Shown here: positions 38,473 to 50,887 of the stretch, in pieces
How the letters are laid out: each line of letters starts with the position of its first letter
How positions within the stretch are numbered: position 1 is the stretch's first letter
Source: Blepharisma stoltei ATCC 30299
Lineage: Eukaryota > Protista > Ciliophora
NCBI GenBank assembly: GCA_965603825.1
Contig: CBFDEM010000040.1
Span: forward strand, 372,001-436,000
Reading direction: 5' to 3'
DNA length: 64,000 bases
Made by a program: the position numbers and the translations under genes
The notes under the pieces: model-generated
What the model saw: only the letters and a program-made list of their open reading frames with translations
What the model was told of the DNA's origin: nothing
Database searches by the model: none

Positions 38473-39369
38473 TTAATCAGAGCATTTATCTATAACATCT
38501 TGAATCTTCTGAGATATCGTGTCTAGTTGGCCTGTCAATTTATTATACCTCTTCTCTAAATCTTTAGAAGAAAACGGGCTTCCACATCCATTTTTCATGC
38601 TATAAGAAAATGCATTTTTTACTTCTATCGTCAAGTTTTCTTGATTCTTTTTTCTTCTTTTTTGAGAGTATCCAAGGCCTTGGCAAGACCCTCCTGTTGC
38701 GTTTAATCTTGTGCATACTCCTAACGCTGTTGTGTTCAAATTGCTAATTTCTTTCAACTGCTGATGTCTAGCATATATTTCGCTATACTTTGTTTCTTTA
38801 TTATTTGTCGGCGCTATCTTGCATGTAGAGTTTTCTTTTTCAAAAAGCTTTTTGCTTGCATTCATAGGCTTATCCTCTTCTTTCTGCCTTCTGTGGTTTT
38901 CTACGCTAATTTCTCTTTCATTATTCATCTTTACCACTTGTGCAAGCAATTTTCTTTCTAATGTTCTTTTAAGCAAATCTTCCTGTAATTTAATAGAAAA
39001 ACTGACATCACAGGATGATACCTTGGATATAGGGATTACGCATCTAGTTGGGGATAATGAGCAGCTTTCTCTTGGAAATTTGGGAGTCTTACCTGTGGGG
39101 ATGGATGGTTTTCTTTGCAAAGCTGTAGTAGGAGTTGAAGGATTCGTTGAGGAACTTCTCCCTCTCAACTGATTTGCTTTCAGTACATTCGATATGCTTA
39201 GTTGTATGCACTTTGGCTTATTTTGGCATTTTAGGTTACGTTCAGAGCGATAAGAAGTATTTATTTCAGTATCTGTGTTTGTACAATTTGTGAGGTCAAG
39301 GCTTGCTTTGTTCGGATATCGGGATGAACTTATCGCAGAGTCGAAATTTAAACAATTGAATTCTTCCAT
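38473..39369 (-). CDS. Hypothetical Ser/Lys-rich protein
   Basis: 298-aa ATG-TAA ORF; no family recognised. Confidence 0.75.
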   Translation of the reverse strand: MEEFNCLNFDSAISSSRYPNKASLDLTNCTNTDTEINTSYRSERNLKCQNKPKCIQLSISNVLKANQLRGRSSSTNPSTPTTALQRKPSIPTGKTPKFPRESCSLSPTRCVIPISKVSSCDVSFSIKLQEDLLKRTLERKLLAQVVKMNNEREISVENHRRQKEEDKPMNASKKLFEKENSTCKIAPTNNKETKYSEIYARHQQLKEISNLNTTALGVCTRLNATGGSCQGLGYSQKRRKKNQENLTIEVKNAFSYSMKNGCGSPFSSKDLEKRYNKLTGQLDTISQKIQDVIDKCSD

Positions 39370-39496
39370 TTTAAATAGTTAAAGATTATCTTATTTTGGT
39401 TGAAACTTAACGAAGCTGCTTAAGCTTATTGGAGATAAAAGTTATTGTTAGATATTATTATAGACTAATTTAGATGCGCCTTTTATCTGTATGCTG

Positions 39497-40378
39497 TTAT
39501 GCAGAGTTATTAGATTCAATTACTAATATTTCAACTGCTTTTCTCTTTAATTGGCCTTTCTCTTCATATTCCTTCAATAAAAAACTTAGATGAACCGGAA
39601 CTTTATTGTAAACGTCTTGCTTGAACTTTTTATGGTTGACTCCTGAAAGAATCAGGTCATCTTCACATAAGAACACATCTTTTGAGTTATCATCCATCGA
39701 AATGAACCCAAATCTCTTCTTAAGCTGATAAAACTTAAGAATTCCTGTATGCCTAATCCCACTGACTTTTTCAGCTTCAAAATTTCCTCTTATTTTTCTT
39801 TTCAAAATTGCTGGCTTCAGTGGCGGTGCTTGCAAGACAACTGGTTCGTGGCTGATTTCAATGTGGTTGACTATTTTTTCCATTGGCTTGATTTCACTGA
39901 CTGGAGTAGGAGTGAAATCTGAATCATATCCTACCTCCGATCAATTGAATTTTTTTTTGGGAGCCTTGGGTTTTTCAAATCCTGGTGGTGGAGGGGTCTT
40001 TTCTAATGGTAATAGTTCATCAATCTTTCTAACCTTCAAAAGTTCTCCTTCAATATTTTCTGCCTCTTCAGAATTGGGAGATGAGCTCTTGTTTTTCTTA
40101 TTATCTATCCTACTTTTATTTGTTTCACAGTTTTTGTTGTTTTCAGGGCTTTCATCAACTTCTTCGTCTATTACATCAATATCTCCCATGACTTTGAGTT
40201 GGGAAATCGAAATTGAAGCATTAAAAAATATATTTTGCGGTTTCTTAGGTCCTTGTGTAAATGTAGATGGATTGCGCCCTGCAGGTGATAATTTTGGGTG
40301 CTGAAGGTCTGAAGACTCAGCTGTATGTTTGCCATTTGGAGAGTGCAGAGTCCTACTGGGTGGTAATGCATGACTCAT
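39497..40378 (-). CDS. Cold-shock-domain protein with disordered N-terminus, ~293 aa
   Basis: Joined through TGA 39941-39943; HTGILKFYQLKKRFGFI...DVFL. Confidence 0.85.
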
Positions 40379-40585
40379 ACTTATTATGATATATTTATTT
40401 AGTATGCCCTATTCTCTCAATAATGGATATAAATGGTAAAATCTTGCAACTGTTGAATTTCTCAACTATGTCCAAAAACACAGGTTAAATCATAAACCAG
40501 TGCAAACATTAATCAAATGCCAGTAGAATAGGAGATCGCCTACCTCTGGATGAATTATTGAGAATTTTACATGCAAATAATTAAA

Positions 40586-41692
40586 TTATTGATTCGCGAG
40601 AAGAAATTCGACGGTTTTTTCCAAATTATAACCATTTTCAGTTAACGCTGGGTAAAATTCTTGGGTGCTTGTGAAACCCATGCTTATTAATTTTGTGAAA
40701 AGCTCCTTGATCTCTGAGTTTGGCACTTCAGCTTTGGGTCTTCGCATATTATCATTTATTAAGGGACCTTTGACAATAGGGGAGTTTATTTGTAATGCTG
40801 CTGATTCTGAATTTTGAAGTATTTTCTTGCTTGGGGGAGCTTCTGGTGCCTTTGGCTTTCTCTTGACTAAGAAAGGCGACTCAGGCTCAATGTCTTGCAT
40901 TTTCTGTTTTATGCAATTTTGCCTATATTTGAGCAAATTATGTGGATGCTGACAAGAAATTTCACAATCCTTGCAAAGGAAAAAGCTCAGGCATACCCCA
41001 CAGCTGAATATAATTTCGCCAATGCTGTTTCCACAATTTGAGCATTTAATGTTATTAAACTTGTTATCATCTAAATATTCATCAGCATAATTATTCAATA
41101 GCTCCCTAAAAAGCATTCTAATTTCATTATATTCGCTGTTTTCAGTAGTGCATTGCGATGCTGAATCATTAAATTTGACAGCATCATTTCAGTTGTCAGA
41201 ATGAGACAATGAATTAACTCCAATTTCATTTTTTCGGACTTCCTCAGTTTGTATTGAAGCTGAATTTATTTCTGAAGTATTTTCAGTGACCTTTTTACGC
41301 TCACTTATTGGAGAGCTTGCAAGTTTCTGTGATAATTTGAAGCTATTTCCTTTGAAGAATGTTTCTGGTGTTTGCGATTTACAAAAATCGTGAAAGCTGT
41401 CCAACTCAAAAGATTCAGGCGATTCACCTGATAAATAGGTAGTTCTTCTCATCAGAAGCACTTGGTAGTCGATAACTTCAAGCTTGAACGGCCCTTCGTG
41501 CTGCGTCAAAATATCTTCGTATTCATCTTGTGTTTGAATAGTTAAGATATCTCCATCTTCGTCTTTATATTTAAAAGAAGCCTCTTCGATTCCAAATAAC
41601 TCTTTGGCTTTTTGTCTTATTTCATTTATGTTTGAAGGTGGCTTGCCGACACGCCTTATCTCTTCTCCTAATTGGAGCTTCAGAGTGGTCAT
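40586..41692 (-). CDS. PB1-ZZ-UBA protein (p62/NBR1-like autophagy receptor), ~368 aa
   Basis: PB1 KYKDEDGDILTI; ZZ CSNC..CGVC..LCKDC..HPH; UBA LISMGF; joined through TGA 41189-41191. Confidence 0.85.
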
Positions 41693-41829
41693 GTTATTGT
41701 TTATAAATTATGATTATAAGGCCAGTCTATATAAATATATGAAAATATATTATTAATAGTATTGCTGAGAAAAGAAATATTCTATATAAAACTTGCTTAA
41801 AAATAAAAATAAAACTAAATAATTTTAAA

Positions 41830-42945
41830 CTATAGCTGTCTTAGAGATTTTTGGCTGAGATTATTGAGTGAAGAATATCTTACCATCGGTTTCGCTCTCT
41901 TCATAAATGAGGTGAAATCAAAACCTTCTTTGCACTTTACTTTCAAGTTGCCTGGAGTCAAGCTTCTCTTTGTTAATGCCTCACTAGGATTTTTGATGGT
42001 AGATGTATCTATAGTAGCAAGGAACTGTACTTCAGTATTATGCCTTATTCTTTCATTTTTAGGTGTTGAAGAAGGTTTCTTTTTTCTGCCTGTATAGATT
42101 CCTGAATATGTTTTTTCTTCTGTAGAGTAATCCATAGGCTGATCTTTCACATTTAGCCTTTCTATTGAAGGCTTAAATGTGCATTCACTAAAATCACACG
42201 ACTTTCTACTTTCTCTTGCTGTATTCAGCCCTTTTTCTCTTTCCACAGCCCATTTGATATTTTTGTCATAAAAATCTTTGCAGGGAATATCTTTGGGAGT
42301 TTCGTCTTCTTTTAAAAGGGTTCTTTGTAGTGCATCTGCATTCGTAAATCCTGAAGAAGTTTTAAGAATAGCAGTATGAGGGGCTCTAGCACTGATATAT
42401 ATATCTGAAGCTTCTCCAGTCTTAAGGTCAACGTGCATTCTTGGAGAAAATAATTGTGCTGAGTTCTGTCTACTATGCAAACACTGGGCTCTGAGGAATG
42501 ATCTTCTTAATTCTTTGAATTCTTCCAACCTCAAATTGTTTAAATCAACAGATTTTAGCTTCCTTTTCTGGCTAGAAGTCTCAGATGTTAAGTTAGAAAT
42601 ATCCGCCGATTTCAGTTTTTGCTTATTATTTGAAATTACTGAGGTTTTCTCGCTGGATTTATTAGTATCAGATGCGTTGGTTTTCTTGTCTTGCAAGGAA
42701 GGCTTAAATTCTTGAGGCTTTATCTCATCTTGCTGTTGCTGCTGGTCTGGTTCTAAAATCCCATGCTCTTTCATTTTTAATTGGATTGCAACTTTATCAC
42801 TTAATTCATTAATTTTTGGCTTCCCTGTTACTTCACGCATGACCTTATAGAGTTGTTCGCGCTTTTTGGATTTGTGGTCTTCTTCCAGTTTGTGGTGGTT
42901 CTGCATAATGGCATTAAGTCGCTTTTCCCAACGTTGGTTTTCCAT
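41830..42945 (-). CDS. Hypothetical protein with short KPxI motifs (possibly cytoskeletal)
   Basis: 371-aa ORF; TGKPKIN and CTFKPSI motifs. Confidence 0.72.
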   Translation of the reverse strand: MENQRWEKRLNAIMQNHHKLEEDHKSKKREQLYKVMREVTGKPKINELSDKVAIQLKMKEHGILEPDQQQQQDEIKPQEFKPSLQDKKTNASDTNKSSEKTSVISNNKQKLKSADISNLTSETSSQKRKLKSVDLNNLRLEEFKELRRSFLRAQCLHSRQNSAQLFSPRMHVDLKTGEASDIYISARAPHTAILKTSSGFTNADALQRTLLKEDETPKDIPCKDFYDKNIKWAVEREKGLNTARESRKSCDFSECTFKPSIERLNVKDQPMDYSTEEKTYSGIYTGRKKKPSSTPKNERIRHNTEVQFLATIDTSTIKNPSEALTKRSLTPGNLKVKCKEGFDFTSFMKRAKPMVRYSSLNNLSQKSLRQL

Positions 42946-43240
42946 TTCTTTTTATATAATAGAATCAATAAATTCTTTAGCATCACAAAAGTGGGCAAGG
43001 ATGAGAAAAAAAGCTTAAAATTATTAGGAAAACCTATTTAAGCAAAAATAATATTGAAAGCCTTAAATTTTAACATATTAGCAAAAGAGTTGTTTAAGAA
43101 GAGACTAGGAAAACAAATATTTAATCCTCATTACTCGTATGCATCTATTAAAATTACTCACTTTGCTTCTCTATATCATTCAAAGTATTCAAAATATTGA
43201 GAGCCAGAGTTTTTAGATGGCTTAAATAGCTATATAAATT

Positions 43241-43792
43241 TTACCTTGGGTCTTCATCAGATAGAGATTTTTCTTTGACTAATTGACTCAGAGTTTTTAT
43301 ATCCTTCAGTTCAAAAATCTCACTTAATTTTTGGCCATCTTGGTCGGCATGCACTTTCAGCGTTGTTGTAAACAACTCGTCGATTTTTTTGGAAAAACTT
43401 GAGTCTGAGCTTCCCTCGAAAAGTGCACCTTTTGATTTTTTTATTGAACTTGGACCTATGCTTTTATAAAATTCATCAAAATTGTCCCTTGCTTTTAAAA
43501 CTGGGCCTTTGACTTTGGTTGAGCTTGCTTTGAATGAGTGGTTGGATCCCGCATGGCATTTTGTAGTTGCAGTAGACTTATCAAAAGAAAATTTATTTCC
43601 TAGAGAGGATGATTGATTAAATTTTGAAAAAATACTATTGCGAGTAGTAGTTGATGGCTTTGACAGTTTCTTGATATGATAGCTAGTTAAAGTTCCTGAT
43701 GTAAAAAAATCATCGACATTCATATGACTTGAATCTGCTGATGAGAGCTTTAATTTTTTCTTAGATAAATAATCTCGCATATTCGATGTCAT
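43241..43792 (-). CDS. Hypothetical Ser/Lys-rich protein
   Basis: 183-aa ATG-TAA ORF. Confidence 0.7.
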   Translation of the reverse strand: MTSNMRDYLSKKKLKLSSADSSHMNVDDFFTSGTLTSYHIKKLSKPSTTTRNSIFSKFNQSSSLGNKFSFDKSTATTKCHAGSNHSFKASSTKVKGPVLKARDNFDEFYKSIGPSSIKKSKGALFEGSSDSSFSKKIDELFTTTLKVHADQDGQKLSEIFELKDIKTLSQLVKEKSLSDEDPR

Positions 43793-43923
43793 AGCTTTAT
43801 TTATGTTGAAAATAAATTCAATTTATAAAAAAGAAGAAGGTGGGATTTAATTTTAAAAGAACTAAAACATAATATGCAGAATTAATTCAATTACATAAAT
43901 GAAGCAATTAAAATTAATCAAAT

Positions 43924-45060
43924 TTATGTCAATTTCTTATGAGAGCCATGGGCGAAAAAGAGACAAATACTGAATAGCAAATAAAAGAAAGCGTAGCCCA
44001 TAAGTCCGGTAGTGCAGAAATAGACAATCCCCAGGCTTTGCGCTGTAAAAGAAAGGCCAAGACCTCCATATAAAATAGCCCAAGTCAGCAATTTTGCCAT
44101 AAAAATAGGCCTGCTTTCTGAGCTTCTGTAGATTTTGCACGTCAATTTATCAAGAGACATTGAAGAAATTGATAATAATCCATAAGGAATCATCTCACCA
44201 AATGAAAAATCATCATAAGATCCTTCACGGGCTTCAATAAACTAAATAAAAAATACTCTCTGAATAGAAAATGTTATAACCGTTCCAATTAATATAAAAT
44301 TGATAATCATCAGCATTCCATATAAAAAGCCTTGGGTAAAAGGCACTTTAATCTGGGCTAGAAGAGTGTCTCTTTGTAGCTCTACAAGTCTTGTGAGGAT
44401 TTCCAAACTGTTTATATCAAGGTCTAAAAACCTTGTAAAATCAGTAATTGGTGCACTGAATTCATTTAGTTCTGCATCTTCTGGCTTAAGAGCATTGGAC
44501 TCGAAAACATGTCTTAGAGTTTCACTGTTTGCAAAAGTATGATCAGTGCCAATAAAATTGGCTCTGAATGTATTAGCTCCATCTTTAGCAATAAAGTATT
44601 CCACTTCTCCAATTATCGGTAGGTTTGTCATCGGATTATTGACTTGAATTGGGTGCTCAACGTGATATCTACTTATAATTTCTCCACTTTGAGGCTTTCT
44701 TCTAAACAAAAGTTTGTTTAAAAGATGCGCATGGAAATAAAAATTGTGAATGACGGTTGAGTGTTCTGTATCTCTGCTCCTCACGACTGCAATTATAAGG
44801 CATTTTTCTTTCTGCTTATAAGCATTTATAAGGCTTTCCAAGGAATCTTGGGATAAAGGCTCTGTATAAGAGGATTCAATTTCATAAAGAAAGTCTTCTT
44901 CAATAAAAAATTGGACTTTGGAGAATTCAAGCAAAATGGTGCTTTGTCTCGGAGATCGTTCCCAAGGAACTGATGAAGGCTCACTGATAGAAATTGATGT
45001 CACTCTTCTTAGTGTTATCCCGTCTTCTGTAGGCAGCTGGTCTCTTAATGATAATGACAT
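43924..45060 (-). CDS. Multi-pass membrane protein of unknown function; one 15-nt intron
   Basis: ORF 44242-45060 joins ORF 43924-44193 in frame after removing the intron that contains the TAG; several C-terminal TM helices. Confidence 0.8.
44242..44256 (-). other. 15-nt spliceosomal intron
   Basis: gtattttttatttag. Confidence 0.85.
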
Positions 45061-45280
45061 GGCTTAAAAATTAAATTTAATATTTTCAGTAAAATAAGTG
45101 TATAGTTTTCAATTTAATTATTAGACTTTCTGAATACATAAAAAATTATTTTCCATCTATTCCCAAAAAAAATATTATTAAATAAATAATTGCATAGGGG
45201 CAAATCTACAACACTTCTCAAGTTCCGCATGTCATATTATCAATTTATTATCAAGCCTAAAGCATACTAAATTTCTAATT

Positions 45281-46828
45281 TTAAATATTATTGACTACGG
45301 GGGTTGGCGCTGGCAGTTTTATCATATCTTGATGCTTCAAAACATATAAAGCTAAAAATGATATTGGATCATCAGGTCTTTCAATATCCAAAACTTGAAG
45401 TCCTGGCAGCAATACCGGCAAAATTACTCTTGATAAATATTCCTCTGTTGGTGCTTGCTGAAGTTTATCCCACTCACTAATTTCTTCTACCACTCCTTTA
45501 TCTTCATCTACCTCTCCAGCTTCAGTTTTTCTTATATCTTCATTCCAGTTTTCTTCGCAGCCCAGTATAGACTTATAAAAATAGTCAGCTTCTACAATAG
45601 CTCTATAAGGATCAACTCTGAAAATGAATTTATTGATGGCTTTTTTATAAGGAATCGGCTCTCCAGTGACTACATCCCTTACGTCTACGATTCTACCATA
45701 ATCAACTCCAATATTGTCATCAAAAAAGATCTGTAAGGTTGAATAGTCAGTTTGATCAATTAGCAGCAGTTTTCCGTATTCTGACTGTTTTCCGTTTTGA
45801 TATCAGTAATCGAAATCATCAGAAATTGCCATTGAAGCAGTTCTATGGAGTCTTTCTTGTATTGCAACTTGTATTGATGGAAAATCGCGATAAATAGAAA
45901 CAATTCCTTCATCCATGGCGCCTGCATGATATTCCTCAGGGTCTTCGCTATTTGGGTGTCTATTAAGGGTCCCAAGCACCAAAATATCTTCACTTCCGGG
46001 GTTTCTACTTATATAGCCTTTATTATAATCTTCAATTATCATATCTCTTGATTTGGATTTCCCATCAAATCTCAGCCTAGGAGTACCATGTTTTCCGTTA
46101 AATAGTGGATGATTTCCTTTGCAAAACAAGTTAAATTCATCGATCACGTTACTCAGTTCACTACCAAATGTCCTGAAAACAATTGAAAACTCCCTCTTTG
46201 ATTTTTTAAGCTCTTGGATCATTCTATAGAATGAAGGAATTAAAAGCCATTTCCCTCCATAAAATAATTGTTTTATAATATCTCTATCTTCTTCATCAGT
46301 AATTACAATTTTTTTCTCTTCAGTATCTTCTTCTTTCTTTTCTTCCTCATCTGTTGGAATCAACCCATAGTCATCACAAATTGGCTTTGGAATTGATAGG
46401 CACCTCTGCATTTTATCAAACAATGACTTAAATTTATACCCTGGCTTGCCTGGAAGTGTAAATTCACTAATAAGTTTGCAGTAAGAAATTTTGTTTTCTT
46501 TGTTTAAAACTTGACGTCTTGCAGGGTCTGGCTCTTCTTCAGGGGTTTTTTGAGGGTATTGCATGTCTGCAAATTCGCTAAATAATTGTTACTCATAAGA
46601 GACTAAAGCAGGATCCGGTCTTAAAAAGGAAAGCTGGTTGAAATTAAGTTTTCAGATCTTTGCGCCTTCTTTTTCAACGATATTGCCCCAGCATTCACTT
46701 GCGAGAATTTTGCTGAGCTAAATAAACTTTACAGTAAAATCAAGGGAGTAGCCGTTTGCTTCATCTTTCATAATTACTGTGTTATTCATATCCATGTGAA
46801 GGATTAACCGCCGCTTAGGATGATCCAT
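45281..46828 (-). CDS. HAD-like-fold protein with C-terminal Dpy-30 docking motif; two 15-nt introns
   Basis: RLILHMDMNNT, IVFRTFG, IFFDDNI; C-terminal EYLSRVILPVLLPGL...RPDDPISFLALY; continuous after two introns and TGA read-through. Confidence 0.8.
46578..46592 (-). other. 15-nt spliceosomal intron
   Basis: gtaacaattatttag, contains an in-frame TAA. Confidence 0.88.
46718..46732 (-). other. 15-nt spliceosomal intron
   Basis: gtaaagtttatttag, ends in an in-frame TAG. Confidence 0.88.
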
Positions 46829-47088
46829 TTTATTATAATTTTGCTGAAACTCCCGAGATGATTAAGCTAAGTGCCATTAGCTTCAGCTTTATTAGAATCA
46901 TCTTTTATTAATCAACTTAAAATATAAATTACATTTAAAAATGATAATAAAAATTTTCATCTAATTTAGCAATTCATGTTAATTAAAAATTCTTTTAATT
47001 GCTGGATGCATTAAAAATTCAAAGAACAGTGAAATAGCATTTAAATAATCCTAAAAGCATCGAATTGTGTTATATATTTTATACAGCA

Positions 47089-47445
47089 ATGGCAGATCGC
47101 ATATTGATCTCAAATACTCAATTTGTCCGTGTAAAAAGCTTGCGCAATGAAACATTTTTCATAACTTGCAAACCTAAAGACTCAGTTAGCATGGTAAAGT
47201 ATTGTGTTTATCTAATGTGTGGGCTACCAGTTGAAGATATGAAGCTTTACATTAGAAATCGACTTCTTGAAGATGTTTCAAGCTTGTATGACCAGCAAGT
47301 AGCAAACGATACTGTTCTTTTCCTTGTAAGCAAAAAGCCAGATGGAAGTTGGGAAAACGTGTCTCAGTTTATGCCAGGAAATGATCAAAGTCCACTTTCA
47401 AGAACCTTTGAGAATCTATCTCCAGGACTTAAATCACCTGAATAA
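47089..47445 (+). CDS. Ubiquitin-like domain protein
   Basis: DSVSMVK, GLPVEDMKLY, LEDVSSLYDQQV..VLFLV ubiquitin-fold pattern. Confidence 0.78.
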   Translation: MADRILISNTQFVRVKSLRNETFFITCKPKDSVSMVKYCVYLMCGLPVEDMKLYIRNRLLEDVSSLYDQQVANDTVLFLVSKKPDGSWENVSQFMPGNDQSPLSRTFENLSPGLKSPE

Positions 47446-47547
47446 TTTATTTAAAATACATATATAAGAGTAATTAAAATTAGAAATTGTGAGTAGTGTG
47501 CTGCTATCAATCCATTTAAATCAATGTTTATATTAGTTTAAATTTTT

Positions 47548-48324
47548 TTAAGTAGTCCTCCTAACTGTTGTTACTACAAAGAATTTCATTTTTTCCAAAG
47601 ATCCTCTAGCTATTGTCACTAAATCAAACCAAATATCCTCAGGAAAAGTGAATTGAAGAGTCAAATACCATAGTGGCAAGAAAAAATCTGTGCAAACAAA
47701 AAGAAAAGCTAGGACAAAATAAGTCGCTGCCATTGAATCATGATTATCAAATTTTCCATAGCCAATAAGCAAAGCAATAATATCAAATAATCCGGCAACA
47801 GCTGAAACACTAAGATATTGCGCTGCAATTCCTGAGCTTTTTCTCAATTCATCATATGCTTTGCCTTGAAAATCATCTCCTATCTTTCCAAGATCATCAG
47901 GCAGCTGCTCGTAAAAGTTGTGGCTTCGAGGCAAAATCATGATCAGCCTATAAGCCAAGTAAGGACGAACCAGATGCAGAATATGAACTAAAATTACAAA
48001 TTTTGCATGGACAATAAGTATTAATAGTCCCAAAAGAATAAGTGCAAGTTCTATAATTGACTGGCGATAAAGAGCTTGTTTAATATCATATAAAACGATT
48101 TCTGATTTAGCTGATAAAAGTCCCCATCTTACATATGTTTTTGACCTTCCTGAAGAATTTGGAGATGCAGATTCAGGCTCACTTTTTTGTCTAGGCTCAG
48201 GAAGAATGTTTTTTCGCATACCAGACTCTTGCGTTTTTTTTTGGATTGGTTTTTCTTGGGGATCACTATCTTCTTGGTCAACAAATTTTAAAGCAAATGG
48301 GTCTTCTTTAACTTGGCCTGCCAT
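47548..48324 (-). CDS. Multi-pass membrane protein of unknown function
   Basis: 258-aa ORF, hydrophilic N-terminus and about four hydrophobic segments. Confidence 0.78.
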   Translation of the reverse strand: MAGQVKEDPFALKFVDQEDSDPQEKPIQKKTQESGMRKNILPEPRQKSEPESASPNSSGRSKTYVRWGLLSAKSEIVLYDIKQALYRQSIIELALILLGLLILIVHAKFVILVHILHLVRPYLAYRLIMILPRSHNFYEQLPDDLGKIGDDFQGKAYDELRKSSGIAAQYLSVSAVAGLFDIIALLIGYGKFDNHDSMAATYFVLAFLFVCTDFFLPLWYLTLQFTFPEDIWFDLVTIARGSLEKMKFFVVTTVRRTT

Positions 48325-48584
48325 GATATTCTTAATTTATAAATCCATGAATTTGAATTGCATAATGAATATTTTACTATTTTATTGAATATCAATCTTC
48401 AATATATTTTTGATAAAACTGCACCAATATAAACATTAAGCTCAAATAAAATTTATTCTAAAGCAAAATATTTGTAATTATATGTATCAATATCTCTCAA
48501 TTCTGAATATACTAGTAAAGCTAATCAGAATATTTTGTAAAGCTAAGATTACGACAAGTTAGCTGTATTTGCTCCATTTTTAAA

Positions 48585-49799
48585 ATAGGGTGCTCAGCTT
48601 CAACTCGTAGGCCAGTGGCCAGTGATCCTAGTCAAACTGGAGATCAAGAAAGAAAAATAATTGCAAAGCTCGAAGAGCTTTCTCTACAAGGAAAAGGGGG
48701 AGTAACGTCAGCAGAGCTGGATCTGATCAGACAGACCTTTATAAACATCCGAGAGATGGACGATAACTTACGGAAAAAGTGAATGGAGGCTATCCATAAC
48801 GACATCCTCTCTCCTCTTTATTTTGCAAACATCGAGAACTTCCCTTATAATGAAAATAACCCTTTCAGACCAAACTATACCAAAGTTGCAGAATTAAGAA
48901 TGAAAGACTTTTCAGCCTTCAGCTACCCCAAAGCTGAGCTACGCGAGTACATTTTGCATATTTTCTATGACTTGCTTGAGCCTTTCCACATAGAGATCTG
49001 CAAAATGCAGAGATTTATCTATGCTGTGTGCGAGAATTATCAAGACAACCCTTTCCATAACATTTTCCACGCTTTTTCAGTTCTGCAAATGATCCACTCT
49101 ATTGGTGAGCATGTTGATAAATATCAAGCTTACCTAGACAACCGTGACCGCTTGGCTTTACTTATTTCATCGTATGGCCACGATTTAAACCATCCAGGCG
49201 TTACCAATGCTTTTATGATTAATTCTCGCCATTCTTTGGCAATCAGATATAATGACATTTCAGTCCTGGAAAACCATCATGCAGCAACCCTCGTTCATTT
49301 TTTAGAGCTTGAGGGCTGTGATATTTTTTGCAATTTGCCTAATGAAGACCAAACTTATATGAGGAGGCTTATCATTCCTACAATTTTAGCAACTGATATG
49401 GCCAGGCATAAAATAGTCATGGAAAATTTTGCTCAAACGATGCAAAATTTTAATAGAGAAAACCCAACTCATAGACAGCATTTATTAGATATGGTTCTCC
49501 ATTCAGCTGATGTAGGAAACCCTACTTATAAATTTGATCTAGCTACTGTATGGTCCTTAAGGATCATTCAAGAATTTAATAAACAAGTTTTGCAAGAAGA
49601 AGAAAGGGGACTCCCAGTATCTGAATTTTTGAGAGTTGGAAATGAAATAAAGAAAATCAAGCAGAACCAAATGGGTTTTATTGATGCTGTTATTTATCCT
49701 TTGTGGAAGTTATTAAATACTCATATTCCGCAAACTCAGGAATATGTGGAAAGTATTGAGAGAAATCGAAAAATGTGGGAAGAACTAGAAAAATTATAG
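48585..49799 (+). CDS. Class I cyclic-nucleotide phosphodiesterase; start uncertain (ATA 48585 or ATG 48756)
   Basis: FHNIFHA, HDLNHPG, LENHH, LATDM, HSADVGNP; frame stays open upstream through TGA 48780-48782. Confidence 0.9.
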
Positions 49800-50041
49800 T
49801 ATAAAACTATACTCAATAATCATTTATTTCAGTAAAACAATTTTTTAAACTTTTTAGAAAAGAATTAAAAATTTAATATTAAATAGTTCTTTAATTACTA
49901 AGGAAATATGGAGTATATATTTTTTAAAGATACCTCTGCTAAGAGATCACAGGAATAAATCAAGCCTAATATAATTTTTAATAAGAAAAATCAAGCAAAT
50001 TTTAGAATGAAATAATTATATAATTTTTAATCAAGAATAAA

Positions 50042-50887
50042 ATGAAAGAATCATTGGTTCATGGCTTGTCTGGCTCTCTCAGCGCGGTTATCGCTACTCT
50101 GATCTTGCATCCTCTGGATACAATTCGAATACGTATGCAATCAACTCATTCTAAAACCACGCTAAGACTTTTCCTTAAAGAGTTACGAACCAATGGAAAC
50201 TTAATGTCCCTGTATTCAGGTTTCATTTCTTCACTTATCAGTACAGCTTCAAGCCAAGGAGTTTATTTTCTAGTATACAAAGCAATGCAAATAATATTGT
50301 CTCGTGGGAAGCGCCAGTTGACAATTTTAGATGACTTAATTGTCAGTCTTGTAGCTAGCTTTGTTAATATTCTAGTTAATACTCCAATATGAACAGTTAA
50401 CACGAGACTTATGAAGTCAGAGAAGGAAGAAAGCATTTCAAGTTGCTTTTCTTCAATTATAAAGCATGAGGGGTTCAGAGGCTTGTTTAAAGGAATGTCT
50501 ACAAGCTTTATCCTAGTTTTAAATCCTGTAATTCAATTTGTAACTTATGAGCACATGAAAAGGAGATTCAAACAAAAAAAGTTGCATGCAGGCTTTTGTT
50601 TTCTGCTGGGAGCATTGACTAAGTTTATTGCAACTATGATAACTTATCCATTTTTAACATTGAGAACTAGAGTGCAACTTGAAGATCAAAAAAGCCTAGG
50701 CTTTGTTGAGGTTTTGAAGGATGTTCTTGACCATGAAGGAGCTTTGGCACTGTATAATGGGCTTTCTACAAAAGTCTTGCAGGCTGTATTAAATTCGGCT
50801 ATTGTGCTGGCAAGTCATGAGCATTTGGTGAAGATACTTTGCATGATTTGCTTGACAAAGAAGATTCGAGCCACCGCGGCAAAGTAA
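50042..50887 (+). CDS. Mitochondrial-carrier-family protein, peroxisomal SLC25A17/PMP34-like
   Basis: PLDTIRIR, TPIW(TGA)TVNTR, LVLNPVIQF, ITYP. Confidence 0.88.
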
